Source: an uncultured Candidatus Saccharibacteria bacterium
GTDB lineage: Bacteria; Patescibacteriota; Minisyncoccia; Phycocordibacterales; UBA9973
Reading direction: 5' to 3'
DNA: 64,000 nt
Assembly: GCA_964544225.1 (NCBI GenBank)
Contig: CAZIZK010000001.1
Location: 207,477 to 271,476, forward strand
Below are positions 19,634 through 30,294 of the stretch, one piece after another (positions within the stretch are counted from its first letter, which is position 1; each line of letters starts with the position of its first letter). Both the position numbers and the translations under genes were made by a program. The notes beneath the pieces were generated by a model. That model searched no databases. It was not told the origin of the DNA and saw only the letters and a list, made by a program, of their open reading frames with translations.

Positions 19634-20980
19634 ATGAATAATGAAAAAGAGTTGTGGGAAACATGCCTAATAGATATCGAATCCAGTATTTCACGTGCCA
19701 ATTTCACAACATGGTTCAAGAACACTTCTATAGTAAAAGAGGATAGTGGCACACTACACATAGGTGTTCCGAACGAGTTTGTAAAGGATTGGTTGTATAA
19801 CAAGTTCCACAAGCTTATATTAAAAACTCTTATGACACACAAGGACGATATCCGAGGTGTGGAATATGTAATTGTTAGACACGATTCAAGTAAAGCTCAA
19901 GCTGTCACAGTACCAACACAAACAAACAACAAAGAGCTTCCACTAAACGATCTATATATTAATAAAGACGACAATCTAAATCCGAAATACACATTCAACT
20001 CTTTTATTGTTGGGCCATTCAACGAACTTGCTTATGCTGTATGCCAAGCCATAATAAACAGTCCAGGGCAGAGTTATAATCCATTCTTTGTATATGGAGG
20101 AACAGGCTTGGGTAAAACTCATATGATCCAAGCAGTAGGGAACACTATCAAAGCAAAATTTCCAAACAAGAAAATATTTTATGTTAGTCTAGAGAGGTTC
20201 TCTATAGACTATATAAATTCTTTAGCGAACAAGACTCCAAATGCTTTCAAGGAAAAGTATAGAAAATACGATGTAATAATCATGGATGATATCCAGTTCA
20301 TATCAGGTAAAGATAAAACTCAAGAGGAGTTGTTCCACCTATTCAACACATTACACGAGAGTAATAGGCAGATCATATTCTCATCCGACAAACACCCAAA
20401 CTTTATCCAAGGGTTAGAGGAGAGGTTGCAATCACGATTCGCTTCTGGTATGACAGTGCAGATAACCGAGCCAGATTATGAATCACGGATAGCTATAATA
20501 AAGGCTAAGTTACAGAATAATAACTGTGATGTGGATGAAGACGTGGTTTCTTACCTCGCAGCGTCTCTTGAGGGAAATATACGCGAATTAGAGGGTAGTC
20601 TGAACGCTATTGTCTGCCAATCACAACTAAAAAACAAAAGTATTAGCCTAACAGAAGCAAAACAACTTATAAAAAACAATATCAAACCAAAAAAGACTGT
20701 AGCTATAAAAGATGTTGTAAAGATAATAGCTGATTATTATGGTATAGAGGAGGAAACTATCTATGATAAAACAAGAAGGAAGGAGATAGTTCGTGCCCGC
20801 CAAGTAACAATGTATATATTGCGTGAAGATTTCAATGTGTCATATCCATTAATAGGTCAGAAGATGGGTGGTAAGGATCACACAACGGTTATACATTCAC
20901 ACCTAAAGATAAAAAAGGATTTAACAACAGACCCATCATTAGTACAAGAAGTGGAGAAGATTCGGATCATGTTTAAATAG
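19634..20980 (+). CDS. dnaA: Chromosomal replication initiator DnaA
   Basis: LNPKYTF, YNPFFVYGGTGLGKTH, DDIQF, RELEG, GGKDHTTVIH. Confidence 0.99.
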   Translation: MNNEKELWETCLIDIESSISRANFTTWFKNTSIVKEDSGTLHIGVPNEFVKDWLYNKFHKLILKTLMTHKDDIRGVEYVIVRHDSSKAQAVTVPTQTNNKELPLNDLYINKDDNLNPKYTFNSFIVGPFNELAYAVCQAIINSPGQSYNPFFVYGGTGLGKTHMIQAVGNTIKAKFPNKKIFYVSLERFSIDYINSLANKTPNAFKEKYRKYDVIIMDDIQFISGKDKTQEELFHLFNTLHESNRQIIFSSDKHPNFIQGLEERLQSRFASGMTVQITEPDYESRIAIIKAKLQNNNCDVDEDVVSYLAASLEGNIRELEGSLNAIVCQSQLKNKSISLTEAKQLIKNNIKPKKTVAIKDVVKIIADYYGIEEETIYDKTRRKEIVRARQVTMYILREDFNVSYPLIGQKMGGKDHTTVIHSHLKIKKDLTTDPSLVQEVEKIRIMFK

Positions 20981-21194
20981 TTGTGGATAAGTTGGTATAA
21001 AGTTGTTTATAAATGTTAATAAAATTAATTTATTAAGTATTATTAAAAATAAAAGTATTTAAATTAAAAGTTATCAACATTTCAAAATATTAAAAATTCA
21101 AAAATATATTTATAAATAAAGGTTTAAAAAGTAATCCACATAATACAGACAATAATAGTAATAATAATGTATTAATAGATAATATAAACAATAT
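20981..21194. other. Probable oriC (dnaA-dnaN intergenic region)
   Basis: Perfect box tgtggataa 20982-20990, ttatcaaca 21071-21079, taatccaca 21132-21140 followed by taa/tag trinucleotide repeats resembling DnaA-trios; extremely AT-rich. Confidence 0.8.
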
Positions 21195-22292
21195 ATGAAA
21201 ATCGAAACAACAATAGAAAAAATAAAAAAAGCTTTAAACATATCAGAAAGGATGACTGGTAAGAACCTAACACTACCAGTATTAAACTCCATACTAATGG
21301 TTGTTGAAAACAATAACCTAATACTAAGAGCTACTAACTTAAGTATTGGTGTGCAAATATCAATACCAGTAAAAGTTGAAAGCACTGGAACCGTAGCCAT
21401 AAAAGGTGATGTATTGAGTTCTATGTTTTCAAATATAAATACCGATACAAATGTTGTATTTACACAAAAAGATAATAATCTAAATATTAAAACAAAAAGT
21501 AATAATATAACACTAAAGACACTTCCACACGAAGACTTCCCAACACTACCGACAGTTACTGGTGAGAGCTGTACTATACCAGTAAATAAATTTGTAGAAG
21601 GTTTGAAGTCTGTTTATTTTAGTGCATCTGTTTCAGATATTAAACCAGAGATAGGCAGTGTTTATATTTACCCACAAGACGACAATCTTGTGTTTGTTGC
21701 CACTGATTCGTTCAGATTAGCCGAAAAGAAAGTAAAAATAAAACAGAACTTGAATTTTAATGGAATACTAATACCATTTAAAAATACAATAGAACTTATA
21801 AGGGTGTTCGAAGGTGAGTCTGGTGATCTAGATATTGTATTTAATAAAAACCAAGCATCATTTACTCTAGGTAATGTGTATATAACATCACGTGTTATTG
21901 ATGGAGTGTTTCCAGACTATAAACAAATAATACCTAAACAACCAACCACAGAAGTTGTTATATTAAAACAAGACATAATAAATGCATTAAAGGTGGCAAA
22001 TGTTTTATCTGATAAATTCAATCAAATAATATTCTCTATAAATCCAAAAGAAAAAAAGTTTGAAATAGAATCAAAGAATACTGATGTGGGGGAGAATATA
22101 ACAATAGTTGCTGGAGCTCTAAAAGGGGAAGAGGTAAACGCTTCATTTAATTATAGGTATATATTAGACTCGTTTCAATCAATATCAGCAGATAGTGTAT
22201 CTTTTGAATTAACAGGTGGTAATAAGGCAATGGTTATACGCCCTGTGAGTGATAATACATTCCTATACCTAGTTATGCCTATGAATAGGTAA
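21195..22292 (+). CDS. dnaN: DNA polymerase III beta clamp
   Basis: VATDSFRLA, SRVIDGVFPDY, YLVMPM. Confidence 0.98.
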   Translation: MKIETTIEKIKKALNISERMTGKNLTLPVLNSILMVVENNNLILRATNLSIGVQISIPVKVESTGTVAIKGDVLSSMFSNINTDTNVVFTQKDNNLNIKTKSNNITLKTLPHEDFPTLPTVTGESCTIPVNKFVEGLKSVYFSASVSDIKPEIGSVYIYPQDDNLVFVATDSFRLAEKKVKIKQNLNFNGILIPFKNTIELIRVFEGESGDLDIVFNKNQASFTLGNVYITSRVIDGVFPDYKQIIPKQPTTEVVILKQDIINALKVANVLSDKFNQIIFSINPKEKKFEIESKNTDVGENITIVAGALKGEEVNASFNYRYILDSFQSISADSVSFELTGGNKAMVIRPVSDNTFLYLVMPMNR

Positions 22293-22296
22293 ATAT

Positions 22297-22557
22297 ATGG
22301 ATTACAGGCCAATATCAAGCCTTTTAGATAGGGTAAAGAATATTATCTCGGCAGGAGATATACAACAAGATCTAATACAAAGTATTATAAAAGATTCAAT
22401 CAAAAAGGAGATTCCACGCGAGAAGATTGTTTTCAAGAGGGGAGTATTGAGTTTCAATAACCTAAGCCCTGTTTATAAAAACGAAATTTTCATAAACAAA
22501 AAAAAGATTATAGAGAATGCAAAAATAGTAAATATTAATATTATTGATATTAAATAA
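22297..22557 (+). CDS. Small protein, possibly DciA/DUF721-like
   Basis: Follows dnaN; RPISSLL...FKRGVL...SPVYKNEIFINKKKII pattern resembles DciA. Confidence 0.5.
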   Translation: MDYRPISSLLDRVKNIISAGDIQQDLIQSIIKDSIKKEIPREKIVFKRGVLSFNNLSPVYKNEIFINKKKIIENAKIVNINIIDIK

Positions 22558-22558
22558 T

Positions 22559-25063
22559 CTACTCTACTTGCATTACAACTTCAGCTACACCAGTGTTACC
22601 ATAAGAGTCATATATTAGGGCTCTTATTTTATTTATATTAGATACACCAGGGATTTCGCTCGGGGTAATAGAGAATGTTCCAGGAGTTGAACGCATAGAT
22701 GTTATATATGAATTATTCATAAAAATATCTATCTTTTGTATTGGTATAGAACTTGTAGATGTTACTGTAAAATTTTGCTTTGTAGATTTATTGTAAACAA
22801 CACTTTCGTCTATTCCAGATATATAAACAACAGGTTTACTGTTGTTTGTGTGTATTGTGTCGTAAGTTGTTGGTATATCAGTATTTGTTATTATTGGGTA
22901 TTTGTGTTTATTGTTGTTCCACCATTTCTGCACCCCGTACTCCCACCGACTGTATTGTGAGTCACTTTCTGGGTTATTTGGTTTACCACCTGTTGGATTG
23001 TTTTTATTGATCCAATACAGTATTGTGTGCACGTTTGTAACCGATGTTTCCTTCTTTGTTGACTCTGGAGTATTAATTGTTGCAAGTTTGCCAGAGATAG
23101 TGTCTATTGTAAATGTATCACCACCTTGCCAGTAGCCACGTAGTATTGGTGACAGATTGTTGTCTATTTGGTCTGGTTTATTAAAGCTACCTCCTGGGTA
23201 CAATATTGAACCCTCTGTTATTATTTTGTTCCATATTGGACCCGCAAGCGCCGCACCACCTTTCTTCATTGGAGTATTTTCGTTATTACCAACCCAAGCA
23301 CCCACAACAATAGATGGGGTATAACCAATAGTCCAAGCGTCTTTGTTGTTGTTTGTTGTACCAGTTTTTACTGCACTTGCAATACTACCTGTGTACAAGC
23401 TCGAGTGCGTACCAAATGTGGGCACACGAGCCGAGTCATCTGACAAGATGTCAGATATTATCCTTGTTGTGTTTACTGGTAGAACAGTTGAATTATTGTC
23501 GGTGTATTCTTCCATCTTTACACCCTCTTTATTTTCAACTGAAAGTATACCCGTGTATGGGTGGCGGATACCCTCGGTAGCAAATACTCCATAGGCAGAT
23601 GTCATATCAAGTAGACTTACCTCACCACCTCCGATCACAAGTGATAGACCATAACGAGTCGGGTCATTTAGGCTGGTTACACCCATGTCGTGTGCAAGCT
23701 TGATAGAGTCTGTTACACCGACAAGATACAACAACTTCACAGCCACAACGTTGATAGATTGTGCTAATGCATCACGTAGACTAATCGGCCCTCGGAAAGC
23801 GTTATCATAGTTGTCAGGCATATAACAATTTGTTTTAGTGTTACCTCTCAGTGGGTTACCAACAGCATCACAAGAGTCTGAGAACTGGGTTTGGACATCG
23901 AACAACACAGTCTTCTCGGTATAGCCATTATTAAATGCGAGTGCATATACAAAAGGCTTGAATGATGAACCTGGTTGCCTCTGGGCTGTTACCACATTGA
24001 AGTTACCCTCTATTTCCTTGTCGAAATAATTGCGTGAACCAACCATAGTTAATATTTGGCCGGTCTTTGAATCTATTACTACTGCTGCAGCGTTCTTACC
24101 ATTTGCACTTTTCTCATTTTCTTTTGCTGCTTGTGCAACTATTGCCTCGGCCTTTTCTTGGAGCTTTGTATCTATCGTTGTTATAACTTTCAAGCCACCA
24201 ATATCCAAAGCTTCAGCACCATACTTATTCTCTAAGTAATCTTTTATAAAGAATACAAAGTGTGGAGCCTTTATATTTACTGGTTGTTCTGGTAGAAAGA
24301 CAACAACTTCGTTCTTTGCTTTTTCATAATCTGCACTGTTTATGTAACCCAAGTCCAACATTCTTTTTAGAACCAAGTTCTTTCTGTTGTCTAATTCGGC
24401 CTTGTGTTTTCTGTATGGTGAGTAGTATGTAGGGGAGTTAGGTATAGCAGCCATGTATGCAGATTCTGCTAGGGTTAGGTCTGCTGGTTTCTTACCAAAG
24501 AACATTCGGGATCCTTCTTCTACACCATAAACAGTTCCTCCATAAGGAGCTTCGTTTAGATAAAGACTCAATATGTCGTCTTTACTCATAATACGCTCAA
24601 GTTTTATAGCTAGTATCCACTCCTTTACCTTTCTTGTTAGAGTTTTTTCTTGGGTTAGAAGAGTGTTCTTTATAAGTTGCTGAGTTATAGTTGAGCCACC
24701 TTGTACTTTACCACCGAGGAACCGTGTCCAGACTGCTCGTATAATAGATGTGATACGTATGCCTTTATGGTTATAGAATTCAGAGTCTTCGATGGCTATA
24801 GTTGCGTTCTTTATGTAGGTACCCATTTCATTGTATGGGATTACAGTACGTCGGATATCTTTGTGTACATCGTATAGAAGTATTTGGCCTGTGCGGTCGT
24901 ATATCTTGGTAGAGTTAGCTACTTTTCTGTCGGTAAAGGATTTGAAATCTGGAAGCTGAAGAGTACTCAATAGTATTATTAATAATCCAAGGAATAGACA
25001 TATTGCCCCTCCTACAAGCATAAGCCAGAAGCCTTTTTTATGAGATTGTTTATTTATTTTCAT
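22559..25063 (-). CDS. Class A penicillin-binding protein (PBP1A)
   Basis: AIEDSEFY, QGGSTITQQL, RKVKE, RQPGSSFKP, SIN, KTGTT. Confidence 0.96.
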   Translation of the reverse strand: MKINKQSHKKGFWLMLVGGAICLFLGLLIILLSTLQLPDFKSFTDRKVANSTKIYDRTGQILLYDVHKDIRRTVIPYNEMGTYIKNATIAIEDSEFYNHKGIRITSIIRAVWTRFLGGKVQGGSTITQQLIKNTLLTQEKTLTRKVKEWILAIKLERIMSKDDILSLYLNEAPYGGTVYGVEEGSRMFFGKKPADLTLAESAYMAAIPNSPTYYSPYRKHKAELDNRKNLVLKRMLDLGYINSADYEKAKNEVVVFLPEQPVNIKAPHFVFFIKDYLENKYGAEALDIGGLKVITTIDTKLQEKAEAIVAQAAKENEKSANGKNAAAVVIDSKTGQILTMVGSRNYFDKEIEGNFNVVTAQRQPGSSFKPFVYALAFNNGYTEKTVLFDVQTQFSDSCDAVGNPLRGNTKTNCYMPDNYDNAFRGPISLRDALAQSINVVAVKLLYLVGVTDSIKLAHDMGVTSLNDPTRYGLSLVIGGGEVSLLDMTSAYGVFATEGIRHPYTGILSVENKEGVKMEEYTDNNSTVLPVNTTRIISDILSDDSARVPTFGTHSSLYTGSIASAVKTGTTNNNKDAWTIGYTPSIVVGAWVGNNENTPMKKGGAALAGPIWNKIITEGSILYPGGSFNKPDQIDNNLSPILRGYWQGGDTFTIDTISGKLATINTPESTKKETSVTNVHTILYWINKNNPTGGKPNNPESDSQYSRWEYGVQKWWNNNKHKYPIITNTDIPTTYDTIHTNNSKPVVYISGIDESVVYNKSTKQNFTVTSTSSIPIQKIDIFMNNSYITSMRSTPGTFSITPSEIPGVSNINKIRALIYDSYGNTGVAEVVMQVE

Positions 25064-25132
25064 GTATTTATCATACCATAAACAACAAGGCTACAAAGGA
25101 CAACAAAAGTAAAATATGTTAAAGTAGTTTAT

Positions 25133-26335
25133 ATGACAAAAGATGAAATTCAAAACAATACTTTATTGACCAGAGGGGTTTCTGCTGTTTACCCATCTGT
25201 TGATTATGTTTCTGCTCGTATTAATCGTGGGGAAAAACTGACTATATACTTAGGTATCGACCCAACAGGCCCAACACTACACTTGGGTCATGCTATTGCT
25301 TTGCGTAAATTGGGTGAGTTCCAGCGTGCAGGGCACAAGATCATAATGCTACTTGGGGATTTTACAGCTATGATCGGTGACCCAACAGACAAGGCCGCTA
25401 CTCGCAAACAACTTACTCATAAAGACGTAATGAAGAACCTGAAGAATTACAAGAAGCAAGCTTCGAAATTGATATCTTTTACTGGCAAGAATAAGGCTGA
25501 GGTGAAATACAACTCAAAGTGGCTAGGCCGTATGAAGTTCGAAGATGTTCTGAACCTGGCATCTAATATGACAGTTAGTCAGATGCTAGAGCGTGATATG
25601 TTCGAGAAGAGGATAGAGGAAGGTAAGCCAGTGTTTATACACGAGTTCATGTACCCACTTATGCAGGGGTATGACTCTGTGGCTATGAATGTAGATGGTG
25701 AGATAGGTGGTAATGATCAGACATTTAACATGCTTGCAGGGCGTGACCTTATGAAGTTATTGAAGAATAAAGAGAAGTTCGTGATCACTATGAAGTTGCT
25801 CGAAGATAACACAGGCAAGAAGATGGGTAAGACCGAGGGTAACATGATCGCCCTTTCAGATTCATATACAGACATGTTCGGTAAGGTAATGAGCTGGAAT
25901 GACAACCTAATAATCCCAGGGTTTGAACTATGCACTGATGTACCTATGGAAACTGTTGCATCTATCGCAGGTGATATTACACGCGGAGCGTTGAATCCCC
26001 GCGATGCAAAGATGCACCTTGCTCGTGAAATAATAAAGATGTTTTATTCTGAAGACCAGGCTACTTTTGCTCAAGAAAGTTTTACAGCAACATTCTCTAA
26101 AAAAGAAATCCCAGACAATATAGAAAGTGTTGTTGTAGGTGCTGATGAATTACTCATAGACGTATTTGTAAAAGAGAAGTTGATAACTTCAAAGAGTGAT
26201 TTCCGTAGGCTTGTAGAGGAGGGTGCTATAACAAACCTAACTACTGATCACAAGATCACTGATAGTAATGCAAAGGTAGGTTCTGGTGTTTATCGAATAG
26301 GGAAGAAGAGGTTTATAAAAATTGAAATCAAATAA
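25133..26335 (+). CDS. tyrS: Tyrosine--tRNA ligase
   Basis: GIDPTGPTLHLGH, YPLMQGYD, GGNDQ, KMGKT, S4-like C-terminus. Confidence 0.98.
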   Translation: MTKDEIQNNTLLTRGVSAVYPSVDYVSARINRGEKLTIYLGIDPTGPTLHLGHAIALRKLGEFQRAGHKIIMLLGDFTAMIGDPTDKAATRKQLTHKDVMKNLKNYKKQASKLISFTGKNKAEVKYNSKWLGRMKFEDVLNLASNMTVSQMLERDMFEKRIEEGKPVFIHEFMYPLMQGYDSVAMNVDGEIGGNDQTFNMLAGRDLMKLLKNKEKFVITMKLLEDNTGKKMGKTEGNMIALSDSYTDMFGKVMSWNDNLIIPGFELCTDVPMETVASIAGDITRGALNPRDAKMHLAREIIKMFYSEDQATFAQESFTATFSKKEIPDNIESVVVGADELLIDVFVKEKLITSKSDFRRLVEEGAITNLTTDHKITDSNAKVGSGVYRIGKKRFIKIEIK

Positions 26336-26368
26336 ATAAAAAATCCCCATATGGGGATTTTTTATTTA
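26333..26368. terminator. Bidirectional terminator (perfect 36-bp palindrome)
   Basis: taaataaaaaatccccat|atggggattttttattta between convergent genes. Confidence 0.8.
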
Positions 26369-26554
26369 GTACATGTCGTCTTCACTTAGTAGTCCTGTGT
26401 CTTCTGCTAGATCGTCTTCATCTTCTGCTAACAAATCTGGTGCCAAGTCATCGTCTAGAAAGGCATCATCAAGAACGTCCTCTGATAAATCTAAATCAGC
26501 ATCATCTACACCTTCTTCATCTTTTATCTCATCATCACTATAACTCATGTTCAA
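26366..26554 (-). CDS. Small, extremely acidic protein
   Basis: About 28 of 62 residues are D/E, with a single Lys; ends at the shared terminator. Confidence 0.65.
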   Translation of the reverse strand: MNMSYSDDEIKDEEGVDDADLDLSEDVLDDAFLDDDLAPDLLAEDEDDLAEDTGLLSEDDMY

Positions 26555-26644
26555 TATTTTTATTTAAAATAAACGACCCCATTAATATGCACTATTTGTA
26601 TCAAAATAGGAAACTCTTTGCAACTCTTGTATATTGTGGAAAAC

Positions 26645-27124
26645 TTATTTAAACCTCTCTCGGGCACAACATGTCAGGGCAATAGCCACCGCGTCGAGCT
26701 CGTCGTCTGAGTTGGTCACCTTATCCATCTTACACAATTTGGGTACCATAGCCATAACCATGTCTTTTGTAGCCTTGCCATAGCCTGTGATGGCTATTTT
26801 GATCTCACCTGGAGTGTATTCATATATACCCAGACCTGCACGGCTAGCCTCGTATATTACGACCCCACGGGCCTCGGCCACATTCATGGCGGTCTTTTGG
26901 TTGTTGGTTATATACAATTTTTCTATTGCCAGAGCCTTTGGCTTGTAGCTTTCTATTATCTTTCGGATCTCTTCACCCAATAGGGCCAATCTTTCATGGA
27001 AGGGTATAAGGGGTGATGTATGGAAGCATTCAGAGTGAATAACCACCTCTTTACCAGTAAGGGGTTTGTCTATTATTGCTATGCCGAGCCTTTCAAAGCC
27101 AGGATCTATTCCAAGGATTCTCAT
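26645..27124 (-). CDS. ruvC: Holliday junction resolvase RuvC
   Basis: [38 protein letters not shown]. Confidence 0.96.
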   Translation of the reverse strand: MRILGIDPGFERLGIAIIDKPLTGKEVVIHSECFHTSPLIPFHERLALLGEEIRKIIESYKPKALAIEKLYITNNQKTAMNVAEARGVVIYEASRAGLGIYEYTPGEIKIAITGYGKATKDMVMAMVPKLCKMDKVTNSDDELDAVAIALTCCARERFK

Positions 27125-28125
27125 TTTTCAATAAACTCGAAACCCAAATGCTCGTACGCTTTCTTTGTAGCTGTGCGTCCACGAGGTGTACGCTCTAGAA
27201 AGCCCATTTGGATCAAGTACGGTTCTATCACTTCTTCTATAGTTGCCTCTTCTTCACTTGTAGCGGCTGCGATAGTTTTCAGCCCTACTGGTCCACCATT
27301 GAACTTCTCTATTATTATTTCTAGTACTTTTCTATCTGAGTATGTTAGTCCGTACTCATCTATCTCCAATAGTGCCAATGCCTTCTTTACTGAATCTTTT
27401 GTCATGTTTGTTTTGTGGACTTGGGCAAAGTCGCGACAGCGCTTTAGGAAGTAGTTGGCTGTACGTGGTGTGAAGCGCGCACGCAGTGCTATCTCGTCGA
27501 GGGCTTCGTCTTCCAGAGTGATGCCGAGTATCTTCGCAGAGCGAGCCAATATCTTCTTTATCTCATCATGTGTGTAGAACTCTAGGCGAAAGACTCCACC
27601 CGAGAAGCGTGATCGTAATGGGGAAGAGAGTAGTGCAATACGAGTCGTCGCTGCGATCATTGTAAATGGTGGCAGTTCGAGCTGGATAGTTCGTGCCGAT
27701 GGACCCTTGCCGATAATGATATCAAGCACTCCAGACTCCATAGCAGGGTACAGGACCTCTTCTACCATTTTGTTTAGCCTGTGTATCTCGTCGATAAAGA
27801 CAATATCACCCGGTGAAAGGTTCGTAAGTATGGATGCCAGGTCACCCACCTTCTCTATTGCAGGGCCGGAGGTGATCTTCATCTGCCTACCTGTTTCTTT
27901 GGCTATTAGGTGGGCCAAAGTTGTCTTGCCCAGGCCTGGTGGACCATAGAAAAGTATATGTTCTGGTGGGTGGTTGCGCTCGCTCGCCGCTTGCAATAGT
28001 ATTCGCAAGTTCTCCTTTATGTTATTTTGGCCTATATAATCGTCCCATATAGAAGGTCGAAGAGTATGGTCTAGAAACCCTTCATCTTTTGGCTCAATAT
28101 TTACTTTTTCATCAGGACTTGACAT
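27121..28125 (-). CDS. ruvB: Holliday junction helicase RuvB
   Basis: [38 protein letters not shown]...RTPRGR. Confidence 0.98.
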   Translation of the reverse strand: MSSPDEKVNIEPKDEGFLDHTLRPSIWDDYIGQNNIKENLRILLQAASERNHPPEHILFYGPPGLGKTTLAHLIAKETGRQMKITSGPAIEKVGDLASILTNLSPGDIVFIDEIHRLNKMVEEVLYPAMESGVLDIIIGKGPSARTIQLELPPFTMIAATTRIALLSSPLRSRFSGGVFRLEFYTHDEIKKILARSAKILGITLEDEALDEIALRARFTPRTANYFLKRCRDFAQVHKTNMTKDSVKKALALLEIDEYGLTYSDRKVLEIIIEKFNGGPVGLKTIAAATSEEEATIEEVIEPYLIQMGFLERTPRGRTATKKAYEHLGFEFIEK

Positions 28126-28220
28126 AAAAATATTAATATGCTATACTCTTTTCAGATTGGTTTAAGTATTTTATATATAAAGAAGTATATCACTTCTTGT
28201 TCAAAATTTCATATCAATGC

Positions 28221-28379
28221 AAAGAGGACATTAATCTCTAAGCAATCAGCCCCTGGCTCTATATTTGTGCGTAGGACGCCCTGGTTTATTTTTAATATTA
28301 CTGGGACCATCCTGCAATCCTGTGTTACTTTAGTGGTCTTGTATCATTAAAGGATTGTTTAGAGATTTATGTCTTTTTT
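28221..28379 (+). ncRNA. Candidate 6S-like structured RNA
   Basis: 28221-28247 pairs with 28353-28379 (G:U wobbles favour the + strand); central bulge; apical stem gtagga/tcctgc and ccctggt/actggg. Confidence 0.5.
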
Positions 28380-28390
28380 AGTTTCTGTTT

Positions 28391-28429
28391 AAATAAAAAC
28401 ACCAACAAATTTTGTTGGTGTTTTTATTT
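28391..28429. terminator. Bidirectional terminator downstream of pilB
   Basis: aaataaaaacaccaacaaa-t-tttgttggtgtttttattt. Confidence 0.8.
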
Positions 28430-28441
28430 TTGTATAATATT

Positions 28442-30142
28442 TTAGGCTTCGTAGAAGTCGACGACACTAGCTACCTCTTCGTATGAGGTGATACCTGTTA
28501 GGATCTTTACCACACCGTCCTCCTTCATATTTAGTATGCCTTGGTTTGCAGCTACTTCGCGGATCTCGCGTTCGCTTGGGTTCTTTGGAATTATTGCTTC
28601 TATATTTGCATCGTTTTGGATTGCTTCGAATAGTCCCATACGGCCTTTGTATCCTGTCATGTTGCATTTGTCGCAACCAACGGCTTCGTACAATTTAATA
28701 CCAGATTCGATATTTACCCCATAATCCGCAACATTTTTATTGTGAGCTTTGGCGTCAGTGATGATATCATTTATTATTTTCAATTCTTCTTCAGTTGCTA
28801 CCTTTTCCTTCTTACAATTTACACAAAGCTTGCGGACAAGACGCTGAGCGATAGATAGTGAGAGTGCAGATACCAATATCTTTGGGTTTACATCCAGATC
28901 TATAAGGCGGGGGATCACACCAGCAGCGTTGTTAGTGTGAAGTGTTGAGAATACTAGGTGACCAGTAAGGGCAGACTCCACAGCGATCTTTGCTGTTTCT
29001 GCGTCACGGATTTCACCCACCATGATTACATCTGGGTCTTGGCGAAGTGATGAACGTAAACCTTCGAGGAATGTATAACCCTTTTCATCGCTTGTCTGTG
29101 TCTGGGTAATACCTGGTAGGTGGTATTCGATAGGGTCTTCGATAGTTATTATCTTGATCTCGCTTGAATATATTCTTTGCAAGAATGCATAGAGTGTGGT
29201 TGTCTTACCAGAGCCTGTTGGACCAGTTAGTAGGATCATACCATTTGGCTTTTTGATCTCGCGCATGAATATTTCGAAAAGTTTTGGTTCGATACCCATA
29301 TCCTCGAGCTTCACCCTTATAGATTTCGGATTCAATATACGCATTACTACACCCTCGCCATATGCGCCTGGTATAAGTGATACACGCACACTGATCTCTT
29401 CATTACCTAGCATGATACTGAATCGGCCGTCTTGGGCTGTGCGCTCGCTACTTATCTTGACCCCTGACAATATTTTTATACGAGAGTTTAGGAAGCGGTG
29501 GATCTCGTGAGGGATCTCGGTAACTTCTTGCAATACACCGTCGAGGCGGTATCGAAGTCGGACTGTACCTTCTTCGGGTTCAAAGTGTATGTCGGATGCG
29601 TCGATAGCGATAGCACCAGCCAGTATTACTTCGAGTATGTGTGATGTGGTGTGTACTTTATCCTTCTCGACTTCTTCCACCTTCTTCTTCACATCCTCGA
29701 GGTTCTTTATGTTTTTACCTATTTCAGTTAGGACATCGCCAGATATATCAATACTACCTGCGTGAGATTGTTCTGCATAAGACATTTCTTTGTATCTTTC
29801 CCAAGCTTTAGTCAGGCTTGCGAGTGACGCCATGTAAAAGTGGGGGACAAAGCCGTGACTTTTGAAATACTCAGTGAGCTTTGTGATATGTTCAGGCATG
29901 GGTGAGCGTACAGCTACGTGTAGCTCGTGGCCGAGCACCTTGAAAGGGGCGACTTGCTCCTCCAGAGCGTCTTTTTCCTTCATGGCACGGAGTGCATCGT
30001 TCTCTATCGGTAGGTTGGCTAGGTTAATATGGGGGATATTGTACTTACTTTCGGCAAGCATCGCCACCAGCTCCTCCTCTTCATCTTTTCTTAAATCTTC
30101 GAGCTCTTTTTCGCTCTTGTCGTCGTCAAATTGAATGGTCAT
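28442..30142 (-). CDS. pilB: Type IV pilus assembly ATPase PilB/GspE family
   Basis: ASDIHFEP, RYRLDGVL, GPTGSGKTTTL, TIEDPIEY, LRQDPDVIMVGEIRD, TGHLVFSTLHTN, CxxC...CxxC. Confidence 0.93.
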   Translation of the reverse strand: MTIQFDDDKSEKELEDLRKDEEEELVAMLAESKYNIPHINLANLPIENDALRAMKEKDALEEQVAPFKVLGHELHVAVRSPMPEHITKLTEYFKSHGFVPHFYMASLASLTKAWERYKEMSYAEQSHAGSIDISGDVLTEIGKNIKNLEDVKKKVEEVEKDKVHTTSHILEVILAGAIAIDASDIHFEPEEGTVRLRYRLDGVLQEVTEIPHEIHRFLNSRIKILSGVKISSERTAQDGRFSIMLGNEEISVRVSLIPGAYGEGVVMRILNPKSIRVKLEDMGIEPKLFEIFMREIKKPNGMILLTGPTGSGKTTTLYAFLQRIYSSEIKIITIEDPIEYHLPGITQTQTSDEKGYTFLEGLRSSLRQDPDVIMVGEIRDAETAKIAVESALTGHLVFSTLHTNNAAGVIPRLIDLDVNPKILVSALSLSIAQRLVRKLCVNCKKEKVATEEELKIINDIITDAKAHNKNVADYGVNIESGIKLYEAVGCDKCNMTGYKGRMGLFEAIQNDANIEAIIPKNPSEREIREVAANQGILNMKEDGVVKILTGITSYEEVASVVDFYEA

Positions 30143-30182
30143 AATAGGCTTATTATACAGTATTATTTCACTTTTTTAGTAC

Positions 30183-30210
30183 TTGACAAATCCTTTAAAT
30201 TTGATATAAT
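30183..30210 (+). promoter_or_regulatory. Sigma70-type promoter
   Basis: ttgaca-N16-tataat with TG extension. Confidence 0.7.
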
Positions 30211-30294
30211 AGGTGGTGAAAGTGATTCTACTATTTGTATTGGTAAAGACAACGAGCCTTTTCGCTGTTTTTGCCAATATAAATACTAGACATC

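Noticed and set aside
28138-28350. 70-aa ORF
   Set aside because: No recognisable motif; the region is better explained by the long RNA stem.
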